A stretch of DNA of 63,728 nt, the filler included, from Lenisia limosa (Eukaryota; Protista; Breviatea): assembly GCA_001655205.1 (NCBI GenBank). It is 8 parts of 8 records of this genome, joined end to end, with 100 filler letters (N's around TTAATTAATTAA, not from the genome) between each part and the next. Parts side by side here need not be neighbours in the genome. Positions count along the whole stretch, not along the records: positions 1 to 21,994 come from LPNZ01008394.1; 7 more parts are not named here. One strand, written 5' to 3'. Below the pieces are notes generated by a model that ran no database searches, was not told where the DNA came from, and worked only from the letters and a program-made list of their open reading frames with translations. This document shows positions 1 through 13,074 of this stretch, one piece after another. Position numbers and translations under genes: made by a program. How positions within the stretch are numbered: position 1 is the first letter of the stretch; the number at the start of each line of letters is the position of its first letter.

Positions 1-215
1 AAATAGAGATATCATATCTAATATAGTATATCATATGATATAGTATATATAGCTATATACTACATGTATATATATATATATATATTATACTTCTCTACTG
101 TAACATTTGATATAGTATATCATATGCAAAAATGGCTTCATATCTCTTCTGATATTGTTTTCTTTCAAGGGTCTATTGAATCTATTTCGCTTCTCTTTTC
201 CCTGACCCAATCCAG

Positions 216-3200
216 AAGCTCTGAGCGCACTTCAGGTTGCAGAAAAATCCTACAACTCTGCTGCCTCCGAGAGTAAGCTTGTCTAATGAGGGGGGGGGGG
301 GGGNNNNNNNNNNNNNNNNNNNNNNNNNNNNNNNNNNNNNNNNNNNNNNNNNNNNNNNNNNNNNNNNNNNNNNNNNNNNNNNNNNNNNNNNNNNNNNNNN
401 NNNNNATATGCAACTCGGTTCCCTTTCTATTGGGGTAAACTTTTATTAGAACTACAGATAAGCATTTTGTAGAATGATATTTGCTATGTCACTGCCTTCT
501 TTCACCTAAATCACCCTTCCCCACAGAAGAACTCATGCTTGACATTTTCTTTGGTGGGATGGAGACTCGGGCGGTGAACATTGCCAACGTGCACGCCTTC
601 CCCAAACGCATGAAGTCCATCCGCACCAAGCCGCTCAAGCAGAAGGTATGCCGTTCGTATGATAAAAGGTATCATTATCACAATTATTGCAATCCATTGA
701 GTTTTTTCAAGATTTTTTTTTTTTTTTTTTTCGTTTGTATATCATATGTTTTTACTGGACGATATGGTTGGTGACACCCTGTTATACATCCATCTACATA
801 TGATATACTAGTATACATGTATGTAAATTGTACTATTTTTTGACTTTTAGTTGCTGCTTCTATATGACGCTGAGAATTCACTCGTTCCAGGGACCGTCAG
901 TTACTGGCTACTTCTCCTTCGGTGAGCTTGTCGTTGAGGAGCCCAAGGATGATTCCGACGATGACGGAGCGCCACGTCGCCGCACTGCCAACAGCGAAGA
1001 AGATGAGGAGGAGGAAGAAGAAGAGGAGGAGCCTGAAGGTTGGGGGAATATCTTTTTTTTGCGTATGTGCAGAGTATCTGATGCTCAAACACGTAATTTC
1101 ATCAAATGTTTTTGATGTTGTAATGGAATGTGTCATGGGAAAAGTCAAACAGTATTGGGGTATCGTAAGATTTCTTAATGAATGATGTCCTGAGATATAA
1201 ACCCGAGTGATGGGATGCGGTGCTGCAGAAGCGACTAGCCTAGGCTTTGTTTGTTGGAGTGATGGGATGCGGTGCTGCAGAANNNNNNNNNNNNNNNNNN
1301 NNNNNNNNNNNNNNNNNNNNNNNNNNNNNNNNNNNNNNNNNNNNNNNNNNNNNNNNNNNNNNNNNNNNNNNNNNNNNNNNNNNNNNNNNNNNNNNNNNNN
1401 NNNNNNNNNNNNNNNNNNNNNNNNNNNNNNNNNNNNNNNNNNNNNNNNNNNNNNNNNNTTCAACCTTCTTTTGAACCAATTATCCCAAACCCTTCACAAT
1501 CCAGCGGATCCATGGGGACTCGTGACAACTCCTGAGAAACGCGTAGGCAAATTTTATAAGAATGACCCATCAAGTTGACTTGTTTACGATGTCTTCGCTT
1601 TTTGTATTTATCTCACCAGGGTCCGAATGAAATGGATTTCACCCAAGCCTATGTCAGTCTTATGAAGGTGGGATAATGACATATTATACTATAGTATATT
1701 ACATGCTCTTCTGCACTTTCAATTATTGTTAATTAATGATTCTTGGGAGGAAGGTTGTGTGAACCCAAGCATGATACCTTGAACTTCTTGTTTTTGACCT
1801 TCACAGCTCTACCGTTTCTACCTTGAACAAGACGCCAATTCAAACTGTGAGAACCCCAGATAGCTTTTTGAAACAAACATTCTGGGCACATCATTGTTCA
1901 CCTGATTGCTTCAGAAACATGAAAACAAGGAGGATTGTTTAACATATTGATATGCATATGAATGTGTGATATAGTTTATTAACGTGACTAGCCTCACAAT
2001 CCGTGCTCTTCTACAAGTTCAAAAACTTCGTTGAACCAACCCTTGACGTTCTTCTGTATGAAGTCGACTACAAAAGTTGGTTCGATGTTAGTTGATATTT
2101 CGTTAACTTTCATATTGTACATCGCATCTCTTTAGGTTGTCAGCAATCAACCATATCTCTTGGCCTGAAAGAAATCCTGTTAACTCTTTCAGAGCTTCTC
2201 ACAGCACCGCCCCTTATCTACATTGAGCTCTGCAACGCCCAAGTTAAATGGAACAGAGGAAACTTCCAAAGAGTGGTAGGCATTGGGGGTATTATTCCTT
2301 TGACTGTGTTTTATTTATCGCTGTTTTTGTTTTTTAGATATCTTATATTACTGGTTTGGGGTGTATTGTTGAAACACAGTGGATCGACAAAAAAAAAATT
2401 GTGCAGTCGCGGGTTGTTCTTTTGACTTGTTTTTTATTACTCAAAATCACCGCGTAGGTCTGTGAAGTGATCAGTTCTTGCCCCACGTTATTGTCCCATT
2501 GCTTCCTCATCATCGTTGCTCTTGACAAGAAGGCTGACTTTGCAAGATGGTGTGTTGGATTGAGAAAAAGTTCATATCATATCATATGCAAATGCGATCA
2601 CGTATTATGTATATTGAGCTCTGTTGATATCTTATTGTTTTCAATTGTGATAGTTTCGGGTTGAACATTTAATTCCAATAAAATTGGGATTTTTTGGAAC
2701 ATATACAACAGTTTCCTTTCCAAAAAGAGGAAAATTATCCTTTTTCAATGGTTTTCAACACCCACGTTCACATTCTTTCAACCTCATTTTATGATAACAC
2801 CCCGTTTAGGCTTTTCCAAACAGTGCCTCTCACTCGTGCTTTGTAAGGGGGTCTACTCTTTGGGATTGTAAACAGTTTATCCTTTTCGATTCAAGTAGGA
2901 ATGATTTTTCTCATGGTTATAATATAACATCCTTTTGTATGAATTATTGTTGAAAGTAAATGGATACAAAATTGTTTTTTTGTTTTGTTTTTTTCGTATA
3001 TGATATCATTCGGTTCATGGAATCAACATTACGCATTACTTCAGTAGTGTTTCATCCCCAGTTGATTTCTTAGGGTCTTTGCCGTTGAAGCTGTTTTCCT
3101 TGAGAAGGCTGTTGAAAACAAAGAAATCCTCAAAATCATTGGAGACGTAAGTGACTTGTTTTTAATTTTGGCTTTACAACTAAAAGAAGATATATCTCTG

Positions 3201-4873
3201 ATCCAATCCTTCGACAATTGATTATCCATTGGTGACAGCTTAGAGTGGCAACATTGCGATTGGCATCTCGAACCTGAGTGCTGCACTAGACGCCGAGTGG
3301 AAGGCTGCCGGACGTGGGCTGGAGGCTTTTCTTCTCGGCAGATTTGAATTACAGGAATATAATAGCGCTCTGAAAACCAACCTTTTTTGTCGTTTTTTTT
3401 GTTGTTGTTGTATTAATACTATACTATTTATTGGTCAGCTGAAAAGGCACATTACTTTCTCAAAATTTTCTCTTCTACACTGTATCCGAACATTCAATTT
3501 CCTATCTCACACTTTAGTTAACTTCTTGGTGAGTCTCGGAGGCGTCAAATTCCCCACGGGATTAAAGGGGGTGAATTGCCAGCATTGATATGAGAGCCCT
3601 TTACTCCACAGAACTGCAACAGTACCAACCTTCTCAACCACCATCTTGCTATTGGGGGTAACTTTGAAGGCCAAAACGTAAGCTATGGATTCAATGTCTA
3701 CCAAGAGTTATATGCTGTTCAAGCCATCTTCACTATTTAACTTTAGGAAGTATCACCCACTCCCCTTCGAAGTCTTTTGTATAACCTGACTGTCCATATC
3801 CACTTGATGACAAGGCTTCTCAGAATTGTTAACCACGAGTAACTGTCTTTAGGCCGCTATCTTCCCCAAATTTGTGCTTGTCAAGAATTGTGTATGTGGA
3901 AATCCCAAATATTGACTTTATTTTAATTTTTTATCTTTTTTTTTTTTTTTTGTTCTCTCACTTTCTTTAGAAAGGCCCNNNNNNNNNNNNNNNNNNNNNN
4001 NNNNNNNNNNNNNNNNNNNNNNNNNNNNNNNNNNNNNNNNNNNNNNNNNNGAGTTTCTTCAAAACCAGAATCCAAAAGTACTATCATTCAATATCCAACG
4101 TGTTTGTTGACAAATATGAGCATATGATATTGTTTTCATAAATCTCGAATTGTTTTTCATTTGGGATTTTCTCATTTTAATACTCCAGACGTCTGCAGAG
4201 AGGGTGAAGACGTAAGCTCAGCACCCACCAACTGTCTCAGTAAAGCGTGACTTTATTCACAGCTAATGATAATGATTCAGAGCCGCCTTCGATGCTCTTT
4301 TTAAACATTGAATTGATTCACTTCTGATAATTTCAGCGCTATCAAGTTCGCAGCGCTCCCGACCACGTAAGCTTCTTCAAGGGATTTCCTCTTTGTACAA
4401 GTATTTTAATAGCTAATCTTTTTCTTGAAGACCTTTTTTTTTTTTTTTGTTTGTTTACACCCACCCTGATTTCACGCAACCAGACCAGCACCCCGGTTGC
4501 AACGCTCGTGACAACCCATCGCAAACTCGAAGACAACCTCAAGCGCCTTGTGGCCCCGATCCAGCCCATCAACATCCTCCGCATCTCAGGATCTCCAATC
4601 CGCGACCCTGTGCAGTTGAGAGCAAACCAGGCTGCGCGTGCCAGATTTGCGGGCTCCATGGGCCGTGGAAGCCCCCAGATGAACCGAGGTGGCATGAATC
4701 GTGGCATGAATCGTGGAGGGTTCAGCACCGGAAGGGGTGGAACGAACATGAACCACGGTAATCCCACAAGTCGGCCTGCAACTTTTTCTTCCCCTCCTGT
4801 GACTGGTGCGAGGGCAATGTTGGCCATGATGAGTAGGGGTGGCAACGAAGGTGGTTTCCCTCGGTTCCGATAA
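216..4873 (+). CDS. Multi-exon protein, 5' end probably upstream of the window; helical core weakly resembling a degenerate RasGAP domain, acidic stretch, RGG-rich C-terminus
   Basis: GT-AG bounded exons give LMLDIFFGGMETRAVNIANVHAFPKRMK (~530-645), DSDDDG..EEEEEEE (~880-1038), LFYKFKNFVEPTLDVLLYEVD (~1995-2074), RVVCEVISSCPTLLSHCFLII (~2260-2549) and a last exon ending GGFPRFR-TAA at 4873. The RasGAP resemblance is by eye only; the FLR signature is not present. Confidence 0.55.
1207..1282 (+). repeat. Intronic 52-bp tandem repeat, array continues into a gap; member of a dispersed repeat family
   Basis: GTGATGGGATGCGGTGCTGCAGAAGCGACTAGCCTAGGCTTTGTTTGTTGGA at 1207-1258 restarts at 1259 and runs into Ns at 1283. 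Confidence 0.8.
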
Positions 4874-5241
4874 GTTCCTGCTATGTTCAATGTATTTTTA
4901 ATGGCTTGTGGTTTCGTTACATCGATACTGCTTTGTCAATAATAAATAAGGATAAATGATAAAGATAAAAATAAAGTAGGCTGGGAACCAAGCGATCGTG
5001 ACAATTCCCAATTTGTGACCTCTCGTACCGGGCCGGGTTCTTGCCTTTTTTTGCTACTCTGCCTCCTCTCACCAAAACTACAACAAAAGCAACAAAAGGT
5101 AATAAAGAAAACAAAGAAGACAAAGAAACAAGAACTGTAACAACAGCAGAGCGCTAGAAAACGGTTCAGATCTCCGCCAATGCTGTTGCTTTTGCGTTTG
5201 CTTTAAGCTGGTCATCACTGTCACTCTGATAACTATTAATA

Positions 5242-8200
5242 ATGTCTGCAAAAGATGTGTTTTTAGAGTCTCTCCCGCCTATTCACACACTCATACACTG
5301 GATAAACACTCTGCCACTCCCCAAATGTCTCCTCGTCAGTAATGGTAAGCCTTGACTCCCCTTTCATCGCCCAGCTGAACAGCTTTATGACGGACATGTT
5401 GTCGCAGAAATCGCCGCTTATTTGCTGATTGGAGAGGTAGGCCGTGTGAGAAAACTCCAAATTCCTTCGTTACGGGAGAATTGATTTGGTGTTGTTCCTG
5501 TCATATATATATTACGAGAGCATTTTTCAACGAACCTCTCTTCTTGTTGCAAAAGTCTCTTACAACTTGAGTGATATACTCGTAAATCGTTATCCTGATT
5601 TAGCCTCAATACAGTTGATAAACCACTTGCCCCTATACCATTAGCATCCAAAAAGCCGTTGAACATTCAGGATGTTGAAGGGCGTGAGCTGGTTCTGGAC
5701 GGGGTGCAAGATTTCCTTCTTGGCGAGCCCGGNNNNNNNNNNNNNNNNNNNNNNNNNNNNNNNNNNNNNNNNNNNNNNNNNNNNNNNNNNNNNNNNNNNN
5801 NNNNNNNNNNNNNNNNNNNNNNNNNNNNNNNNNNNNNNNNNNNNNNNNNNNNNNNNNNNNNNNNNNNTTGAAACTCCCTCATATCCCCTTCAGGAGACGA
5901 AACTGATGAATGCGAAGCCCGATTCAAATGGACTTTACATACCCTGAAAGAGGTTAGTTTTTCTTTGCGCTGGCTCTTTCCCCTTCTTTACTTTGTTTAA
6001 GAAAAGACCGGTTTTTTAAAAAAAACGTTTTATTTTTCTATATTAATCAAATTTATCCATATTATTGATCACATTAGTCGATATTTGATCCTTTTCGGAG
6101 TTACTCCGTTCAGCAAGTTACTAACGCATCAGGTCCTTCATGTCAAGCTTCATGCCATGCACGTCACTGAAATGATCGCCGCTGGAGCCGTCCGTGGAGA
6201 CCTTTCCGCCCTGACGTTCACCCTTGCGTTGTTACGCCATGTTTGCGGCAGCGCCCGTCACCCTGATGATGTGAGCAGGACTTTGTTACATCGTACAGAG
6301 CTAAGAAAAAGTCTTACTTCCTTCGATGGGCTTTTTCATTAAAGGGTGTCAAATAATCTTAGTCCCCTCATTGGTTTGGATAATGACCCTTTTTGTTCAT
6401 GTTCATAAACATACTGTATAAATTTTTCAATTTTACTCCCCCCCCCCCCNNNNNNNNNNNNNNNNNNNNNNNNNNNNNNNNNNNNNNNNNNNNNNNNNNN
6501 GGCACTCGGGCCTCCGGTGCGCTTGGGCATGTCCCCCGCGACCGCCAAACAAACCAAGCCCCGCAGGCCTGTTCAGAAGGTTTGCAATGCCAAGGAAAAG
6601 TATACAATGGTGGTGAATCTATTCAATAATGTGACTGCATTTTCTCCAACCCGCTATTACTTCGATCCGACTGCTCAATATTAATTAGCACCATAGTGAT
6701 TAGTAAGAATCTAGGTAGCAGTCAGATTGAGATCTAATTAACTTTGTCACAATTAAGATACCTCATCCCACTGAGATTCAAAGATATCGACTGTTTCTTT
6801 TTGTATGACGCCCTGTAACGTGGTGGCTAAAAATGGCTTCCTTAATGAATCTTCAGTCTACCTGATTTTACTGTCCTTCCGTTTTATTTCCCGCTGTGAT
6901 GGCGGACATTTTTATATTATGCTGAGTGTTTGCAATTAACTTGGTATAGACAGCCACCTTGGACAAACCAAACAAGAACAAAGGTAGAGAAACTGGGGGT
7001 CAGCAGTCATCATTTTTTCTTTTTCACTCCTATAGGTCCAGCAGCGAAGCCCGCGGTTAAGTCTAAAATAAACACTCGGTATGCTCAAATCACTCCAGTC
7101 CCCTCACTACCACCATTCATCACATCCAAATGTTTCGAATTTGAGCTAGTGTATTTTTTTGCTTTCTGTGTGGTTCATGGGGGAGGGGGAGACCTTTTGA
7201 CTTTACAAAGAAATAACTCTCACCTTTTAGCCCACCGTCAAGTAGACACTCCCCTCCAGAGCGCAAAACGTCTCCGGTTGGGGGGGGGGGGGCNNNNNNN
7301 NNNNNNNNNNNNNNNNNNNNNNNNNNNNNNNNNNNNNNNNNNNNNNNNNNNNNNNNNNNNNNNNNNNNNNNNNNNNNNNNNNNNNNNNNNNNNNNNNNNN
7401 NNNNNNNNNNNNNNNNNNNNNNNNNNNNNNNNNNNNNNNNNNNNNNNNNNNNNNNNNNNNNNNNNNNNGGACTACTCCGATATCATAGCCAAGGGGGTCG
7501 AGTCCCTTCCTCCTCCTTCACGCTCCACTACTCATCATCCTGGTGAGGCTTCAAAAATCTCATATAATACATATAATATACTATTACATATACATATGAT
7601 ATATACATAATTACATATACTATAATATATATGCTCCAAGTCATATTAGATTAACAACAGACTGTTTGAAAGTGTACCCATAGCTTCACCTCACCATTTA
7701 GAACCTCATCCGAAACCAATCAAGCCTCCCCCATCCAAAGCCACGCCATCAACAGCAACTTCAAAAGACAATGTGAGCGTGTGTATTTACTCTTAACAAT
7801 CACTATATTATTATCATTGATATATGATACTGAAGAATGATTTTGTTCCTCTTTTCCATAGTTCCGCCATTCTTACCCCCTCAGAATCCGAATCAGTTCA
7901 CCCAGAATGACACTGAGTCTCGACAGGTTTGCACCTTTACACGATATTACTTCGGGTTCATAATACCAGACTTAATACCTACATGTCTATATCTTGGACA
8001 TGATTATTCAAAAGTTCTCCATTCTTTTAACCCAAATGAGTGCCTAATTGAAATACAGTCCCGGTCGTACACCAGCATCCGAGAATACCGACTCCAAGCC
8101 AAACAAAGAGTCTATGACCGGCGCCTCTCTCACAAGACCGAGGATGAGGTGGGGGGGGGGGGCAAATCATTGATCTCTTTTCNNNNNNNNNNNNNNNNNN

Positions 8201-11200
8201 NNNNNNNNNNNNNNNNNNNNNNNNNNNNNNNNNNNNNNNNNNNNNNNNNNNNNNNNNNACGAAAGACGGAATATCATATTTATACCATAAAGTATATCGA
8301 TAATTAGTATATCTTTTTAACTGAAGCTGAAATAGTAAGGCTCTTTCAACAAATCCTTTTTCAGCTTTATTAGCAACACTGTTATTCATGACGGATCAAT
8401 TCTTCTCTGCTACATATTCTGTGGAGAGGTTTATCATCTGGATGAGTTTAATTCCTTTAGAAAGAAGAGGTCAAAGAGCCTTGTAAACCGCAGCCCGTTT
8501 CAAAGCCTCCTCCAGGTAAGTTGTTGAATCTTTGGCTGTCTTTTGTTGAGAATTCGATTAGCATTTTTTTCTCTAATAGCAAGGCAACTTTCTGGTTGTA
8601 TTTCCATTAATTTGAAGATCATTATACTATGAAATGTATAATATATGATAGTCAGGGAGATAATCGGCTTTATTTTTTTGAAGATCATCGGGACAATGAA
8701 GTTATTTCTTTTCTTTTTATTTCCCTTTACTGACCCAGTGCCTGTTGAGTACGAGATAGAGCGGAGTGTGTCTCCCCCTATTTGTTCTGTTGGGGCTCAC
8801 AATATGTCGGGTCCAAAGGTTTGAGGACTACACAGTTGCGTTTTTTTTTAGTTTTTTTTTTTGCAAATCCTTTTTCAGTTATTGATAGTCCCAGGCCGTT
8901 GTCATTGGCTGGATGGCAACTCTCCGGATGGCGTGGCCCTCGTCCTTAGCCGAAATGTTCCAAGCTGTTATTGATGAAGAAGGTAAGGGATCCTCTAGTC
9001 ATAGTTATTTTGACGCTCTTTATTAGTGGAATCTTTCTTTGCTCTTATTTTTGTTTTTATGATATTAGAACTGGAACCACGTATGAATGAGCCAACTTTT
9101 CTTGAGTTCTTCAAAGATGGTGGGCTACCTCCTACTTCACTGAACAAACGGTATCTAATTTATTGGAGATTTAAGGATGTATTGAGGATTTATTGAGACT
9201 CTGTCTTGATTGAAGATCAAAATGAACCCATGTAATATTTCACATTCGCTTGCTTCTAACAGCGTACAGGTGTTCTTCTCTCTCGACTTGTCAATGTTTT
9301 GGAACGGAAGCCTGTAGTCACTGGCATTATGGAGAGCCCCAAAACCAGGGCAGCGTGGGGAGGGGGGTCCTCCATAATAACCAAATATTAGCGGACTGAA
9401 ATACTTGAATCCTCAAATTTTTACCCATAGAGATCCACCATTATTTTTTCACGGAACAGTTGCGTTGTCAACGTGAGGAGAGGAATTCAACACATTCAAG
9501 GAAACAGGTACGCAGACAACTGTTCAAAATTGCATCTTTTTTCTTCAGGTTTGTTTTTATACTTCAGGCTTTCCCCCAATTCTGCCTCCCAATTATCAGC
9601 TGAGAAGATCTACAGTAACCCCGAGGACTGGTGGAAAGTCTTCACATGCCTCAAAACGGTTGGTGCTATTTTAACGTTGTTTTTTAAAAAATACTATGAC
9701 AATAACTTATGTGCTGTTGATACAATTTCACAGAATAATATGATATGATATCTCCATGCTTTCACACTTTTAGGCATTCAGCAGGAAAAGCAAAGTAAAG
9801 AAAACTTCTGCACTGACGAAAGTTGTTTCTGAGCCAATCTCCCTCCCCACTCAACCTCCCGAGCCAAAGGAGCCTGTGTGTTGGGCCTATTTTAATGCTA
9901 TTGCAATGCCTGTCGACAAGCACAGTAATAAACAACTGTTATCGATCGCAGTTTCTCTATTCTTATCCCTTCCTAGACAAAAATGGTCCGACAAGGGGGC
10001 CCTCGCCAAGGCCCAACATTCTCAACAAAACCTATTGTCAACAAAGAGGTTTGCTGTAAAGGTCGCATATATCAGTGTGCTCCCCTACATTTTCAATATT
10101 TAATCAACTTTTGCCTCTGTCTGTGGTATTTTGTTGGTGGAATTAGTTGTCAGTAGCAGGCATCGTTTTCTTATTCCATTAGCAAGCCGAACCGAGCACG
10201 TCAATCTACAACCTTCCACTTCCAGAGTCCGATGTGGGTGATGGAATGATATTTCATTGGGCTTTTTATTTGGTTGAATTGCGCTCCGTTGACCTTCAGA
10301 TTGCAAGCTATCTCCACGAACACCAAACCAAACCATCAGATGCTACAGTAAGGCTTTCATATACACATGGTTTTCTCATTCAATCATAATTACTATTTGT
10401 TCAGAAAACAAGGGGGGTCATAATCTTATCTCCCTGAAAAGTCTAAACACTGTTTAACCTGGGTTTTTTTTTGGCAGAGCAAGAACATAATTTCTCCATT
10501 CCATTGTTACAATTGGACCCCCCCCCCCAACAATCCCTATTGTCATCGCATAGGTGGTTGATGGTATCATGAACCCCTTCAGAGGCTTCTATCCCAATCC
10601 TGTTGAGGTTAGCTGGCTAGTAACTTAAAAATAGCTTCACCATACGCTACCTCCTTTTTTATACGCAAGCTTATTGTCACCATATCAATAGATTCCGCAC
10701 ACTCCGATGCCTGCTGCCCCGCTATCTGCGGTGTACTCTGGTCTTGGACCAAACGAGGTGAGCATCTTGTTTAAGGAGGTCTGTCATTCAAGGTGTAGAC
10801 AACCTCAACTGAACCATCATAATATTATAAAAAGAACAATTGCAATATTATTTTCTCCAAAAAAAGTATGTTCAAATACACAAATCGAAATATGTTATCT
10901 TTCATAAATATGCAATATGATCCGATTCTTTCTGTTGTTCTTGCTCTAAAAGTGTTCCTGGTCACCATTTTAGCCAACTTCATCACAGGAGCCTGCTGCA
11001 GTTCGGAGACCACCTATTGCAATTAAATTGGGTCAGTGGGACCTTGTACTCGCAACAAATCGAACATTATTTTAATAGTACTTAGATCTCCATAAGGAAA
11101 TTCCTAACTTCTTAGGCCCCACGCAAACAATGCTTGAACAGCAAGCGCAAAATGAAGGTTTGATGAGTCAAAAATTCTGTAGTACCAAGATACAATAATT

Positions 11201-12645
11201 CTCACCATGGTAATGATGATTGTTTGATTGAACGTAGCCAAAAAGCCTTCGTCATCGAAAATATTGAACAACACGTTGGCAAATCCCAGTCAGTCAGTTC
11301 CTGACCTCTCCGAGGTTAGCATTTTTATCCCTTTTTGCATTTTTGTATAACCGTATCATATTTGTGAGGGCAGTTTTAACCTCTTTGTTATTCTCCAGAA
11401 TGGCATTTGCCGTTGGCTCTTTGGCCTCGGCGTTGTGGCCGAAGGAGGGGGACCAGTTCCTTCGTTCACTGACATTTGGCCGACTATAACGGATGGAACT
11501 CTGCTCTGCAAAATTGTGACAAGATTATGGGTTAGAACAAACAATCACTCAAAACTATTTGTTTATCGTATTATTATTGTTAACTTATCAGGGTACCGTT
11601 TTGGCTATCACACCACCAACAACAGTTGCGGCGCGAAACAGTAACATCAGGAGGGCTCTGAATGTTCTCCGAGGTCAGACTGGTCTTGCCCAGTCACACA
11701 CACGGTTGGAGGAGTGCTTGATAGTAAATTAAGCAAGCGTGTATCAGATAAAAGCTAACATTACATCTTTAGATCCATTGCAGCTATTGAGCGAGGAAAT
11801 AGGGGCGAATGCACCGGACTTCTTCGTAGCCTAATGGCCTTCCACCACAAAATCACACACCCCCATGCAGTAGTTGAAGAAGTGGGCCTACTTTTTATTT
11901 GAAAACCAATCTTGCTGTCACATTGAATATTAACGAAATAGCCCATTTCGACACTCGCCGACCCGCTTCTCTCAAGACAATTGTACGGGCCGCCATCAGG
12001 ATACCCCTCAGCCTCTACAGTCAGCTGGAATTTGGGCAATGTTCATTGTCACTCTTGCCTTTCCATTGGCTTGTTCTCCTTATCCTGAACAGTTCTCATC
12101 TCAAAGAAAAAAAATACTTGCTCTATCTCTACACAGTATTGCAAAACAGAATTTTATTCTCATTAGGAGTTGGAAACGAAGACGGCGGACCCCGTGGACG
12201 ACACAATTGATCCTTATGGTTTGATTGGGCTGATACTTCATGTTACCCACACCATCTTCTTTCCCGTCCTCGTCTCTTTGTTGCTGTTAGATTTCTGGTG
12301 GCAACATGCATCAAAAGCCAGCTGTCTTCGTATAATGTTCCACAGCGCCTTCATCTCGCTATCTGGACCACGCACGAACTATTTCCCCAGCTTTATCCGC
12401 CAAGAAACCAGAAAAGCCAATTGAAGTTGAAAGGGTTGGTGGTTTTTGCCAATTATCAACTTTTTTTTTTTTTCTTATTTTTTTTTTTGCTTCTCTTTGC
12501 TACTGTTTATTGCTATTTACTTTGTCTATTGCATTGTTTTTTTTTCTCTCTTTTTATTGAGGGAGCTATTAAAACGCATCCCAAACCAACCAGGGGCCAG
12601 GAGCAACTAGTCAGAAATAGCAGTAAATATAGGTCTCTCTTATAA
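5242..12645 (+). CDS. Large multi-exon protein with about 3 calponin-homology (CH)-like domains separated by Pro-rich linkers; boundaries approximate
   Basis: ATG at 5242 (MSAKDVFLE..HWINTL..LYDGHVVAEI), GAVRGDLSALTFTLALLRH (~6150-6240), IGWMATL..FKDG/VLLSRLVNVLE (~8893-9345), CRWLFGLG..ITDGTLLCKIV..NIRRALNVL (~11399-11680). These match the CH pattern W(I/L)N..L.DG..L..L..NI..AL. Confidence 0.6.
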
Positions 12646-12969
12646 AGAACTTGAGCCAGCGCTCACCTTAGGGCGTAAATGTCGGTTCCCGAATAGTGAG
12701 TTCCCAACTTGGTCACGTTGATTAAAACTGCCTTCCTCCCTTCTGCACTCAGGACGCAGCTGTCGAACACGAACTCTCAGAGAACAGGTGGTTTCTTTTC
12801 TGAGTATGAAGAGTAGTTCCTCGGGGGCGCCGAGGAGGTGTAGTGGGGGAGAGGCTCGACCAGGCGTGTTGGTGGGAGAGGTGGTAACAGGTTAAGGAAT
12901 AGGTGGACCAGCACCCTTCGGGACCAGTTTGATTCTTAGTTTCCATAGTTGCACTGGTAACCATGGTAG

Positions 12970-13074
12970 ACAGCATTTTAAAAGGACAAGAAATGTATTT
13001 ATCGAAAAACATTCAGTAAACAGCACTTTTTGAAAGGACAAAAACTGTATTTATCGTAACAATATTCAGTAAAA
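12970..13074. repeat. Two tandem ~50-bp copies of the repeat also found at 15021-15060 (candidate target-site duplications)
   Basis: 12970 ACAGCATTTTAAAAGGACAAGAAATGTATTTATCGAAAAAC+ATTCAGTAA; 13020 ACAGCACTTTTTGAAAGGACAAAAACTGTATTTATCGTAACAAT+ATTCAGTAAAA. Confidence 0.85.

Noticed and set aside
12970-13074. CRISPR-like repeat-spacer array or relict spliced leader
   Set aside because: Only 2 adjacent degenerate units with identical 9-nt intervening sequence, eukaryotic context and no cas genes; the unit does not end in AG and has no conserved Sm site.
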